Assembly (NCBI GenBank): GCA_024704765.1
Contig: JAKMXF010000210.1
Location: 658,286-722,285 of the forward strand
Origin: Oopsacas minuta
Lineage: Eukaryota > Animalia > Porifera
DNA: 64,000 nt
Reading direction: 5' to 3'
Below are positions 40,908-51,600 of this stretch, in pieces (position 1 is the stretch's first letter; each line of letters starts with the position of its first letter). A model generated the notes under the pieces. The model was not told where the DNA came from, did no database searches, and saw only the letters and a program-made list of their open reading frames with translations. The translations under genes were made by a program, and so were the position numbers.

Positions 40908-43900
40908 TTATAATCGATTATTTCTGCTTCTTATCCAACTAACGACCTCGCTTAAGTAAGTTAATCCAGCTGAAGCTGCTATACTGTCAAACACTTCAAA
41001 ATGAGTTGACAGCTTGTCATTAGATAGTGTTTTCGAGTACTGCCCTGCACAAGGACAGAACTGTGACATGTGGTCTGCCTTGACCTGATTACACTTAAGA
41101 CAGACCAGATCCTGAAGTAAATACGTCCTTGATAGATTCTGTACTATCTCTACAAGTTCTGTTTCGATGAAGTCTCGATTGTAAGGCTGTCCACATGTAC
41201 ATTTCCAAATAATCCAACCACTTCTCTCATCATACATGTTGTTAGCATCTCGTATCACATCCAAATCCCTCGCGTAATCGCAATAGTTACACACTATCTG
41301 CGGTAGGACATAAGACCTACAGGGATTATTGAATACGCCTAGTTTGGAGAATTCTCCTACATTCAGCAATTTCAAGAGGTCGCGTTTTATCTTAGTTATT
41401 TGTGATTCTAAGTTGGAGTCAAGGGAAATTATCTTGCATATTATTTTGACAAAATTAAGGAGATCAGACTTTCCTTGTGTTTCTGAGTAATTACGGTCTT
41501 GTCTGACGTCATACACTATTTTATACATTTGTTGACTTATCACATCTTCCACTCGTTGAATTGTGTAATTTAACACACTCATTCCAATGGCAGACGGCTG
41601 TTGTGAGGAAGTTTTCTTAAGAATGGGGGTCTCTCCTCCCCTGGTTATATTGTACTCGTCATGTGCGTGAGTATAAATATCTGTGATATGCTCTTCTATC
41701 ACTCTGCTAAACATTTGCTTGTAATCTGGGTCATTGGCCAAGTAATCTTGTAGATTCCATCGCATGTCAAGTTTTCTTTCTTCAGAAATGAGCTCGTTCT
41801 GAGTTGTTTCTACAAGCACACCTCCGTAATTGGCAGTATCCATCCACAAGAGATATTCCCAGCACTGCACATGTTCCAGTCCAACATAATGAAATAAATC
41901 TTTATTATGAATACTGCTAAGAATAAACTCTGAGTATGATAGAGCATCTTCTATCTTCTTCTTTCTAGTACTAATCACGAGTTTGTTAAAGGAAGCGTAT
42001 ATAATGCTGGCTCCCAGCCTTTTGAACTCTGCGATGAATTGCATGAATATCTTCTTCATCAGTTTGTGTATCATCCTACAGAGTCCGGGCTCGTAGAGTA
42101 AAGAAGAAGGAGACTTTAGCCAACGATAGAAATGTTGTTGTAGAATATCAGCCATCTCGTTACCCTTATGGATATCTTTAACCCAGCTCCATACCATAGA
42201 CCTGAGGATTTTAAATGTAGGCGAGCAGAGTGCAGCTTCGTCGAATGAAGATAGAATGTTGCTCGAGCTGACTCCACTCTCAAGCATTTCTTCTAGAGAG
42301 GCTTGAGGGATAAAGTCAAAGCTGATGGAGGATACAGTTCCTCCTTCATAGTCATTGATATGAGAGGATTGGAGAATAGCAACGAGGGCAAGAGAGTGCA
42401 CTGCAAACTCAATGCATACAGTAGCATAAGTGCCAGGATTGTTTAGCTCCACCTGTTTTACTTCGTTGGGATTTGAAAGGAAACGGAAATCAGTTTGTTG
42501 TTTTCCTCCCAAGTCTGGATCTGGTGAGCGGGACACCCAGAGTAAATGGTTATTACGTGTAAGGTTTCGCGAGAAATAAATATCTACCAAGAACCCAAGT
42601 ACATCCTGTGAAATATTTCCTACTGGAACACCTCCATAACGTGAGAGCTGCTTCTGTAGTTCAAAACTGTGTAATGAAACAAGAAAAGAAGAAAGCATTG
42701 ATTTGGCGGCTACTCTCTGCCAATCTAGAGCTGGGTAGTTGTTATCACTGTCACTGAACGCAAGTTGAACAAGAGGAAAGTCTTTGAGAGAATGAATGGA
42801 TTTGGACAGCTCGCTACGGGATAAGCTAGTTTGTAACAAAACTATTGTAGGTCCTTTCTTCTCTCGGTTGTACTCACCTAACAATTTATCGATATGCTTA
42901 AATGCTTGTCTGTACTCTGTGTCAACTCTAGCTTCGAAAGAATATTCTTGTTGTGGTAAGGGGTTAACTTGACCCGTGTCATTAAATGACTGCCATTCAT
43001 TCTCGTAAACTTTTGAAAGATTCGAAAGTTTGTTTTTCCTAATTGTGTCCAGGATAAAAGTATGACATTTTCTAACTCCTGTAACAAAGATCCCGATAAT
43101 TCCTCTAGATTCCTTCCCACTCTGGTACAAATAAATAATTTTCATTTCTTTTCGTAAATAATTTGATTCTGTTTCTTGCTTTGAGCTGAGATGATGAAGT
43201 TCAAACACATCGACCTCTCCGCTAGCCACCGATCTTGTGAACTCTTTGTTTACGCTACAAACACAGCCAAACTCCTTTATTATTCTGAACATCAGAGGAA
43301 CTTGAGTTTCATAAATACCTTCGACATTAGGCCCAGAAAGTTGCATCGTCCATGAGCTAATCTGCTCGATGAAATGTCTTTCTGGAATTCTAAATTCGTA
43401 AAGATATTTGGCTGGACAGGAGCGTGGTAGGTGCTTATTCACTTTTCTACAGACACTTCCTTGCAGCTCAAAATCTTCAGGGGCCTTGCAGTTAATGTAG
43501 AATATTCTTGGAATCTGTAGCTTGATTGTGTGTAGATCTCTGCCCAGTAATACCCATAAGATGAAACGCCCGGGTGTTAGGTCTTCGCAGATCTCAATAA
43601 TCTCCCAAGCATCCTCTCCGAGAGAGATAGTTTGCTTCCTCAGAAAGTCAGTCATATTTCGGTGAGTTGGTTCACTTTCTATTGACATGCCGAGTATTTG
43701 TCGCTCAACACCCTGAGAGGCGCTATGGCTTTTAGCAAGTTTACGGTTTTTTCTTTGTATCTGCCATTTCTTTTTGTGAAAACTTACCCAATCTTCCATC
43801 TCTTTCTTACTGGTTCCTATTGATGGAGGGTTACCCAATGCTATCCGCCAGTTTACTTGAGTAGTTTGGTCACTAGCAATATTCTTCTTAAATTTACAGA

Positions 43901-46900
43901 GTTTATTCTTTCTCTTCTTACTAACTAACTCATCTTCCATCCCTGAAGCTTTTCTCTTCCTACTCTCATTGTTATGAGCCTTACTAATAATCTCAAGATG
44001 TTGCTCATGAGTTACATAACTGAATAAATCAGAGATTCGCTTCTGTTTGAAAACATCATTCTTCTCTAGCATCCTCTTGTGTAGCCAATCAGGGTGCTGG
44101 ACACGAGGCACTGGATTGCTAATCCCTTGCAGAGTAGCAGGAATAGTTATTATCTTCTGAATTGTGCTGTTCAGTCTTTCTATGTAGTATTCCCAGTCTA
44201 AGAGAGACCGCAAATCAAAATCAATTAGAGAGGAATCTTTCAGCCATTTCCTCAGATAATGTTTCTTTACACTTACTTCGGAGTGGAAAATAGCGAGTGG
44301 GATTGCCCGCTCTGTAACTGGAGCACCTTCTGGCTTCTTTGCTATTACGAATCTACAAGCAAGACCTTTGTCTTTAACCATTTGATCACCCAGGAATTCT
44401 GCGAGGCGTTTAGCTGTACTGATAGAAGTAGATTTCTGTTCTCCGTAGTCTTCCAGTTTCCGTGACATACTTCTGCTTTCTGCTATCAATTCAAATAACT
44501 CCTCATCTCCCATGTTCTCAGCTTTCTTGTATAAAATGTCTAACCAATAATCTGCAACTTTTGCAACTTCTGAGAAGCATTCTTCCAAGGTTTTACCCTT
44601 GAGGAAGCTAGCGAACACTTCAGACTGAAATATTTTGATTATTTGTAATTCTCCTCTCCTCTTCACTTCAAAACCTTTCAATTCTGCAAGCGAACCGTCA
44701 AAATTAAATACAGCATATCTCTTTTTTAGTTTCCTGCCTTCTTCTTTTGCTGCAGGAAGTACCATTGCTTGGTAAGGCCCGTCAACTTCAAAGAAAATAG
44801 AATTTTCTACTCTAGTAGCATAGACTAAGTTCTCAGGATCTTGCAGAGTCTGGTACTGGTCATTTGTAAAGTATTCCTGCACCATCTTATTTAACATGGC
44901 ACCTGGATAAGAGATGTTCAGTTTAGCTTTTTTCTTGTCTGTGGTATTGACTGCTACATTTTCTGGGAAACTTGACGGTAAAATACACCAAATTCCATCA
45001 GTGTCCAACTCGAGTGGCCTTCCTATCTGCTCCACTATTTCTTTAGCTTTGGTGATTATTTTAGCTCCAGTGTAACACACAATGCCAGCCATTTCCATTG
45101 AGTACCATCTTGCACCCTTTCTCATTACATACCCGTAAAATGAATTGAGAAGGCATTTGTGTGCTAATTGAAGGGAGTCATAAAGAATTACCATTCCATT
45201 ACATTTCTTCTCTTCCGTAGGGTCGCTGGATTTCTTTGATTCTTCCAATTTCTTCTTCCAACTTTTCAAAAGACCTTTGAACTCATACCTCCTATTCCTG
45301 AAATCTCTAACCGTATCAACATAGAACGGATGTTCTCGCATACACACAGTTGTCAATCTCTTCTCTTGTCTGGTTACTCGTATCTTCTTGTATGCTTTTC
45401 TACAATATTCTTGCAGTCTTTTCTTCTCAAAACTAGCTTGTTCTTCTTTAGAGAGACTATGAAAAGGACTTGGTGCAACTCCTGGAACTACCGACACAAA
45501 CTCCGCTTCTAATTGCTGTCTAATATTTTGAATTTCACTCCTAGAAGCGGGCATAAAGTCTCCTCTCCACATCCATTCCATATCCCTCTGACACCTTGAA
45601 GAAGGTCTATTGAAGCTACAGGCTGCGCACGTGGCTTCGTCTACAACAGCTGAGGGCTGGAGTCTGTTTGTTAGGATAATGTTAGGGTACATGGCTCCTA
45701 CGTCAAGATGATAGATAAGTGGGTACTCATACCGATTGGGGGTGTCTCTTAATTCCACTAACTTGCTACGAATCTGTTCACATACTCCTTCGAAGTTTAT
45801 AACTGTTTCTAAAGAGATACCCTCTTCCTTCACAATAGCATGTATCATCGTATCTTCAATCCCATCGATTAGTTTCTGACAGGCAGCAGGAACAATTTTG
45901 AAGCGATAAGGTATATTTGCTCTGAAAACACCTGACTCTATCGCCTCTACGTGACCACCCACATACGTCTCTGAGTCCAGCATGTGTCCATCATCTGTGA
46001 GTTTGTTTAGAATATTTTCTTGCTTGTTAGGGAAGATAACATTGGCTTCGTAAGCCTTTACCATCAGTAGAGCCTCACAGAGTGTTCCGGTTCCCTTACG
46101 CAGCACTTCGTCAGGTTCTAGTGGTATGATGGTTGAGAGAGCGAAAACGAACGGATGAACATATTTAACATAGAGGTAGTAAGTAGCTACTGCATCGGAT
46201 ACTGAATAGTTGGAGAGGCCCTGAGGATCTTCACTAGCCATTCTACACATATCCTCTGGATCTATCTCCACAGGATTGTAGCGTAGTTTAGCTCTAGTAG
46301 CTGCTTTCAAGTGTTGACTCCCCACAGGGAGATAACTGTCCCGTTTTACCCATCTGTACGCGTCCATGTGTATCGCATGACGAGATTTGTATTCATTCTG
46401 ATTGTCTGGAGCAAATCCTAACTCTTCTGCAAGATTTATATTGAAATGAGCCATCCTAGCATCAACGAATGGCCAATCGAACATATCTCCATTATAAGTG
46501 ACGATTATATTCGGTCGGACATCTTTGATATGATCAACAAACCGCTCAAGCAGAGACTTTTCGTCTGGTTCATTGAAAACTATAAACGGTCCCTGGTATT
46601 CAGGTCTAGGAGTAAATTCAAAATCGTCAACATCTTTAGAGATGATATCTCTGTTAGTGATTAGGTAGCCTTGACAATCTATCATATAGGATATCATCAT
46701 TATTGAGTCAGTTGCTGAGTCAGGGAATTTCAGTGGTAGTTTGGTGGTTTCTATATCAAAAGCAAGTATTATTGGCTCTGGACGAGCCGGGTCATCATGG
46801 AACCTAATTTCTGGCGGATTACTGCCATGCCCTTTAACATGATACCACAATCCGCAGAATATTTGTAAGTCAATGCTAACTCTAACATGATAAGGGACAT

Positions 46901-47498
46901 CATATTCCCGAATATCAATTATGTTTTCTCTCTGGTCAGTTATCTTTGGTGCGTTAGATACTACCTCTTCTGACACGGATAGATTGTGTGAGAAGAGACT
47001 TTCATCATAAATTGGATTAGTTGACTTTTGATTCTTTTTCACCGCAGGCATTATGTCTCGTTTTGCTTTTATTAGATCTTCAACTGAGTAAAAGCGCAAC
47101 TTTAGAAACATAGCTTTGATCCCTATCAAATGATTTGGAAGATCCAAGTTTTCTTTTTCAATAATTTCTATTGTTGCTAGTCTCCCAGAAAGTTTTCTGC
47201 TGATATAGGTACTCACTTCTTTTTCAGTTCCTTTCTTTGTTCCGATATAAAAGTAGGGTTGATAAGGGATCGTAACTTTGAACCTGCCCCCATCATCCTC
47301 AATGAAGTAATAGTCCACTGCACTGACCAGCCTCTTATCTTCATCCATAACATCTGCCGGATGCATGTTTATCAGGAATCCTAGTCTCTTGGCATGTTCT
47401 CGATATCTATCAAACCCGAACTTAGAATCCATCTCATCGTTTTTGAGAGCCCTCAAATACCGATTAGACTGTTGTGGTTCTTCTATAGGGACTGACAT
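40908..47498 (-). CDS. POLE: DNA polymerase epsilon catalytic subunit, intronless, about 2196 aa
   Basis: AFDIETTK (ExoI), YHLDVGAMYPNIILTN (motif A), LNSFYGY, ELDTDG (motif C), C-terminal CysA/CysB zinc motifs. First ATG at 47498. Confidence 0.98.
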   Translation of the reverse strand: MSVPIEEPQQSNRYLRALKNDEMDSKFGFDRYREHAKRLGFLINMHPADVMDEDKRLVSAVDYYFIEDDGGRFKVTIPYQPYFYIGTKKGTEKEVSTYISRKLSGRLATIEIIEKENLDLPNHLIGIKAMFLKLRFYSVEDLIKAKRDIMPAVKKNQKSTNPIYDESLFSHNLSVSEEVVSNAPKITDQRENIIDIREYDVPYHVRVSIDLQIFCGLWYHVKGHGSNPPEIRFHDDPARPEPIILAFDIETTKLPLKFPDSATDSIMMISYMIDCQGYLITNRDIISKDVDDFEFTPRPEYQGPFIVFNEPDEKSLLERFVDHIKDVRPNIIVTYNGDMFDWPFVDARMAHFNINLAEELGFAPDNQNEYKSRHAIHMDAYRWVKRDSYLPVGSQHLKAATRAKLRYNPVEIDPEDMCRMASEDPQGLSNYSVSDAVATYYLYVKYVHPFVFALSTIIPLEPDEVLRKGTGTLCEALLMVKAYEANVIFPNKQENILNKLTDDGHMLDSETYVGGHVEAIESGVFRANIPYRFKIVPAACQKLIDGIEDTMIHAIVKEEGISLETVINFEGVCEQIRSKLVELRDTPNRYEYPLIYHLDVGAMYPNIILTNRLQPSAVVDEATCAACSFNRPSSRCQRDMEWMWRGDFMPASRSEIQNIRQQLEAEFVSVVPGVAPSPFHSLSKEEQASFEKKRLQEYCRKAYKKIRVTRQEKRLTTVCMREHPFYVDTVRDFRNRRYEFKGLLKSWKKKLEESKKSSDPTEEKKCNGMVILYDSLQLAHKCLLNSFYGYVMRKGARWYSMEMAGIVCYTGAKIITKAKEIVEQIGRPLELDTDGIWCILPSSFPENVAVNTTDKKKAKLNISYPGAMLNKMVQEYFTNDQYQTLQDPENLVYATRVENSIFFEVDGPYQAMVLPAAKEEGRKLKKRYAVFNFDGSLAELKGFEVKRRGELQIIKIFQSEVFASFLKGKTLEECFSEVAKVADYWLDILYKKAENMGDEELFELIAESRSMSRKLEDYGEQKSTSISTAKRLAEFLGDQMVKDKGLACRFVIAKKPEGAPVTERAIPLAIFHSEVSVKKHYLRKWLKDSSLIDFDLRSLLDWEYYIERLNSTIQKIITIPATLQGISNPVPRVQHPDWLHKRMLEKNDVFKQKRISDLFSYVTHEQHLEIISKAHNNESRKRKASGMEDELVSKKRKNKLCKFKKNIASDQTTQVNWRIALGNPPSIGTSKKEMEDWVSFHKKKWQIQRKNRKLAKSHSASQGVERQILGMSIESEPTHRNMTDFLRKQTISLGEDAWEIIEICEDLTPGRFILWVLLGRDLHTIKLQIPRIFYINCKAPEDFELQGSVCRKVNKHLPRSCPAKYLYEFRIPERHFIEQISSWTMQLSGPNVEGIYETQVPLMFRIIKEFGCVCSVNKEFTRSVASGEVDVFELHHLSSKQETESNYLRKEMKIIYLYQSGKESRGIIGIFVTGVRKCHTFILDTIRKNKLSNLSKVYENEWQSFNDTGQVNPLPQQEYSFEARVDTEYRQAFKHIDKLLGEYNREKKGPTIVLLQTSLSRSELSKSIHSLKDFPLVQLAFSDSDNNYPALDWQRVAAKSMLSSFLVSLHSFELQKQLSRYGGVPVGNISQDVLGFLVDIYFSRNLTRNNHLLWVSRSPDPDLGGKQQTDFRFLSNPNEVKQVELNNPGTYATVCIEFAVHSLALVAILQSSHINDYEGGTVSSISFDFIPQASLEEMLESGVSSSNILSSFDEAALCSPTFKILRSMVWSWVKDIHKGNEMADILQQHFYRWLKSPSSLLYEPGLCRMIHKLMKKIFMQFIAEFKRLGASIIYASFNKLVISTRKKKIEDALSYSEFILSSIHNKDLFHYVGLEHVQCWEYLLWMDTANYGGVLVETTQNELISEERKLDMRWNLQDYLANDPDYKQMFSRVIEEHITDIYTHAHDEYNITRGGETPILKKTSSQQPSAIGMSVLNYTIQRVEDVISQQMYKIVYDVRQDRNYSETQGKSDLLNFVKIICKIISLDSNLESQITKIKRDLLKLLNVGEFSKLGVFNNPCRSYVLPQIVCNYCDYARDLDVIRDANNMYDERSGWIIWKCTCGQPYNRDFIETELVEIVQNLSRTYLLQDLVCLKCNQVKADHMSQFCPCAGQYSKTLSNDKLSTHFEVFDSIAASAGLTYLSEVVSWIRSRNNRL

Positions 47499-48001
47499 TC
47501 TTTTAGCAATTTTATGTGATCTAATCTGTCTGATAGAGGGAGAAATATACAATTTATTTTTTAGGTTCACTAACAATAAGATCGCTTATTAACTTTTGTA
47601 ATTAATCTTTAGCTCTAAACCCGTATCTTCTCCTGAAAGTTATTCTGATTTAACATTCAAGAGAAATTATCCTTTGTATTAATAAATAATTTGATTTCTA
47701 TTATCCTACACTATCATTTCCTGAAATCTCCACGTAGGTATTTATTTGATTGTTTGTGTACTTTTCTGTTTCCTCAGAGTATATTTGTTAAATAGAACTT
47801 TACAAATTTAATACTGTAATGTCTGTAATGATTTCGTATTATGTTTGTGTATTTATTAGGAAAATATTCTTCTAAATTCGGAAACTTAAATTAATGTTAA
47901 AATTGTATGTCCACTTACATGACGTGACACAAACTTATTATGTTTTATTCATGTGTATAAAAGAGTGTAACACGTCCAGGATATACATCCCAAATATTCA
48001 A

Positions 48002-48307
48002 ATGGCTGAAAAGCTTGGAGCATCCACAGTGTATTCAGTCTTTGTATCGATTTTAAAAATTGAGCATAGTGTCAAAATATCCTTCGATAATCTTTTTGAC
48101 AATATCGACGAAGAAAAAATTGGTTCTATAGAATGGGTGAAGTTTGAAAATATTATTCAAGGAGCTTATATACTCCCTGACTATACGGAAGTACATAAAG
48201 CTAGGTTAGAAAATTTGCGTCGAACAGTTAAGAATAGAAGAACTAGTCAGAGATATTATCAAAGAAAGAAGAATCTGAATGGGAAGGATTCTGTAGAGAA
48301 AGACTAA
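48002..48307 (+). CDS. Small CNC/Maf-like basic-region protein without leucine zipper
   Basis: EEKIGSIEWVKFENII (extended-homology-like) plus LRRTVKNRRTSQRYYQRKK (cf. Maf RRTLKNRGYA); stop 11 aa after the basic region. Confidence 0.55.
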   Translation: MAEKLGASTVYSVFVSILKIEHSVKISFDNLFDNIDEEKIGSIEWVKFENIIQGAYILPDYTEVHKARLENLRRTVKNRRTSQRYYQRKKNLNGKDSVEKD

Positions 48308-48627
48308 ATGCCTCTCACTGTTATAATAAATAAATTCATAAAAATGCAGCCTCAAACAATTCAAGTATCAAAGCTAAATTTTGTGTAAACAAATGAATTC
48401 TTATTTCAGAATACCAATGATTAAAAGGGGTGCCTAGAGCCGTGGGGCGGGAACTAATCGTACTTCTTACATTATTTAACATTTATTCTTAAGAGTAATT
48501 CTTAGTATATATATGAGTCTTAAATATAAAATAGGATAAATTAATGCATCTAAGAAATGGTACATTGGATTCCTGGAAAAATATTCATCCTAACCATGAA
48601 ATTAGCTTATACATTAATGATATACTT

Positions 48628-51600
48628 TTATTTCTTGTGGAAGCGTGATGTTAGTGATTTCCATCTACTAGCCTCTTTAGCAACTGGTTTAGACGTTGAA
48701 TTTTCAGTCTTCTTAGTACTTTTCCCCTTCTTAGTAGGGGCTTTATTAACACTTGTGAGCCCTTGAATTTCTGGAATGACCTCAAACTCTGTAGTGTTTT
48801 CATATGATTTTGAGATTCTTACAGTATTTTCACTCTCTGATGTCTTTGGATGTGTGTCCGATTGATCTAATCCATTCTCATTTGTCTCACCTTGAATATA
48901 TTTCGATTCGTTAGCGTTTTCTTTCTGTGGGACACCAATGACTTGTTTTTCGGTTTCGCCTTTCGGAACAGGTTGCTCAAAATATCTAGTTTTCAAGGAA
49001 TTATTTTCTACGTTTAATTCCTTTACTTGCTCATTTGATAACTTCTGAATCTCTCCTGAGTTTGTCTTTTTCGCTTGTTCTTTTGTAGATTGTGATGCGA
49101 TAAATTCTTGAGAGCTTTGTGAAGTTCTAGCCCCAGAGTAACGTTTCCGTTGTGAAATTCTCCTTTTCCTCTCACTAGATCCAGGATGCACACTATTTTC
49201 ACGACATAAGCTCACAGATTTCAACGTCAAACCTCGTTTTATCTCCCCCATCAGATTTTCAATGATATCTCCCTCTTGGTTTATATTTGAAGTTCCCAGA
49301 GCACGTAAATTTTTATTTTTCATATCTTTCTTTTTTTCTTCAATCCTCAATTTCCTGGCTTCAGTCTCTTTGCGGGAAATATTATCTTTCATAGCTTTGT
49401 CAAAATCTTTTCGGAATTGATGGAGTGTTCTCATGAAATCCTCTAATTTGAATGTTTTCGGTTCTTCAGCGAAAAATTGACAAATTTGAGCACTAAAATC
49501 AAGTACATGGTTTGTCTGCTTTTCCAACTCTTCTAGTTGAGGCGTCACCAGGTCCAGGAATTCTGTGACTTGGATCTTTAGATCTTCTGCAAAATTTATC
49601 TTTTTCCGGCAACTCTGGTTCACTTTTGTTTGCAGAGATTTCACAGAATCCTTCAGTTGATCGACGCTTAGTCGAAGAGCACCTTCTAGAGTTTGCATAC
49701 TGGCACCAAATTCACTCAATTCTGGGTATTTCTGTTGCACTATTTCTACTAGGGAGTTGAGAAGTGTCACTCTAGGTTTGTTTGCCCGTGTGTCATTCAA
49801 CTTGTTTAGTGAAGAAATCTTGAATCCAGCAGCTGATCCAGCATAACTCCCATGATTTATAAAGTTGCCTAATGATAGAAGAATTCCCATTATTCTTTTG
49901 AGACTCTCGTTTTCAATTATTTCTCGACAACTTATTTCTAGTTTCTTAATGTTTGGTTCGAGTTCTTGATATTCACTAGTATAATCCAATTTTGTTGTTA
50001 AAATTTGAACTCTCATTTCGTAATTTTCTAGCTTTAGGAATTCTGAGAAGAATAGATCTGCTTCTGCCAAATCTTTCACGTCTCCGTGGTATTCTCTTAT
50101 TTGCTTAACAACTGATGTCTCAGGAAGCAATTTAGAGAAAGCTTTCATTTGTTCCAGGCTGATTTTTGATTCATTCCCTTCCTGAATTATTTTTGTGAGA
50201 TTATTTTGTTTGAATTGTTTGAGGAAAATGCTGATGTTCATGCTTGCTCGTTGATCAAAAAATGAAGTCTTTTCTTTCTTCTCTTTCGAGGTAGCAGAGA
50301 TCGTTTTCTTTACTTCTTGGATTGAATATTGCTCCTGGACTATACTAATTGTATCGGTGTCTAGAGTATATCGAGATAAATCAATTTGGTTCCACAGAGT
50401 ACCAGTTTTCTTTTGAATGTCTCTCTCCGTAATTTTCTCCCACTTCAAAGTTCGCATTTTACACGATGGTTTCTGCAAGATAGCAGGTGCTGATTTCGTT
50501 TTACCTGGGACTTCTCTTGTGTCATCACTCGTCTTCACGCCAGGGATATTTGGCGGGGGATTCGGAATTCTCGGATCTCCACCTCCTTCGCTGCCTCTAA
50601 CTCCTGGCATGTTTGGGGGAGGGCGTGGGATACGACTATCTCCACCAGATCCCCCCTCGACGCCAGGCATATTTGGAGGAGGATCTGGGATCCCTTCGGT
50701 CTCATCTGCCACATTGACTCCTGGGAGATTCGGTGGTGGGTGGGGATATACATAGTTCTTAGGGGGTAGGTCTGAAACCGGAATCTTATTAACAGGTTGA
50801 ACTGCAGTTTGTGGGACATTTTGGATAAATTCTATTTTATCTGTCTGTGTTACTGCGATTTTTCTCGTTTTTTGGGGAGTTTGAGTTGTTGATTCTTTTT
50901 TTTCGATTTGTTTCATTTCAACTTGTACTTCCTGAATATTATCTGGATGTTTAACAGTTAATCCTATCAATGATTGCTTGAGTGCTCTTTTCATCAAACT
51001 CTTTCCCTCAAATCCTGCCATTTCCTCCTCCCTCTCGTTTAGAGAATTAATTATTACCGAACTCAGTGCGTTATCCATTTGTCTCCATATTTCAATGTTA
51101 TCTTGAGCACTTTTCGATTGCTCAATTAGAAGTAATGATTGGAGAATATGTGTAAAATGATCGAGACACTGAGTTCCGGTTAGATTCTTGCTTATTCTTG
51201 CAACTAACTCCGTGGGGGATTCTATGTCTAATCCTAGAGTGCTTGTTTCCTGGTCTGATAGATCCAAGTCATAAGCGTGTGTATCTTTGAATGAATCAAG
51301 TTGTGCTTGAAGTTCTGTATTTTCTGTGTAGCGTAATTTGTCAAGAATATCTAGTATTCCAAGAGCAATGAACTCGTGTCGTACCTAGAGATATGTATCT
51401 ATTTATTATTACTCAATTCAATAAATCATTTTATGATTGACCCAATTCTTTATTAATTTTATACTCGTCGTATCTCCATTGTAATTGATATCGAAAGGAT
51501 TGGAGTTCTATATTGGGCACACATTTTATTGAATACATAGAAACTATTTGAATAATGCTTCTTTCCCACATTTTACTTTTCTAAGAGTGTGTCTGGCATA

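Noticed and set aside
27609-47498. NBN, MMS22L and POLE as a DNA-repair cluster
   Set aside because: Separated by unrelated genes, POLE is on the other strand, and three such genes among 32 is compatible with chance.
47499-47576. N-terminal extensions in the ORF track (POLE, GFOD, RBM5, TYW2, TMEM177, dispanin 1, bZIP genes)
   Set aside because: They start at TTG/GTG/CTG or lie upstream of acceptor-like AGs; homology begins at the downstream ATG.
48445-48453. GGCGGGAA E2F-like site near POLE
   Set aside because: It lies between the 3' ends of two convergent genes, about 950 nt from the POLE ATG with another gene in between.
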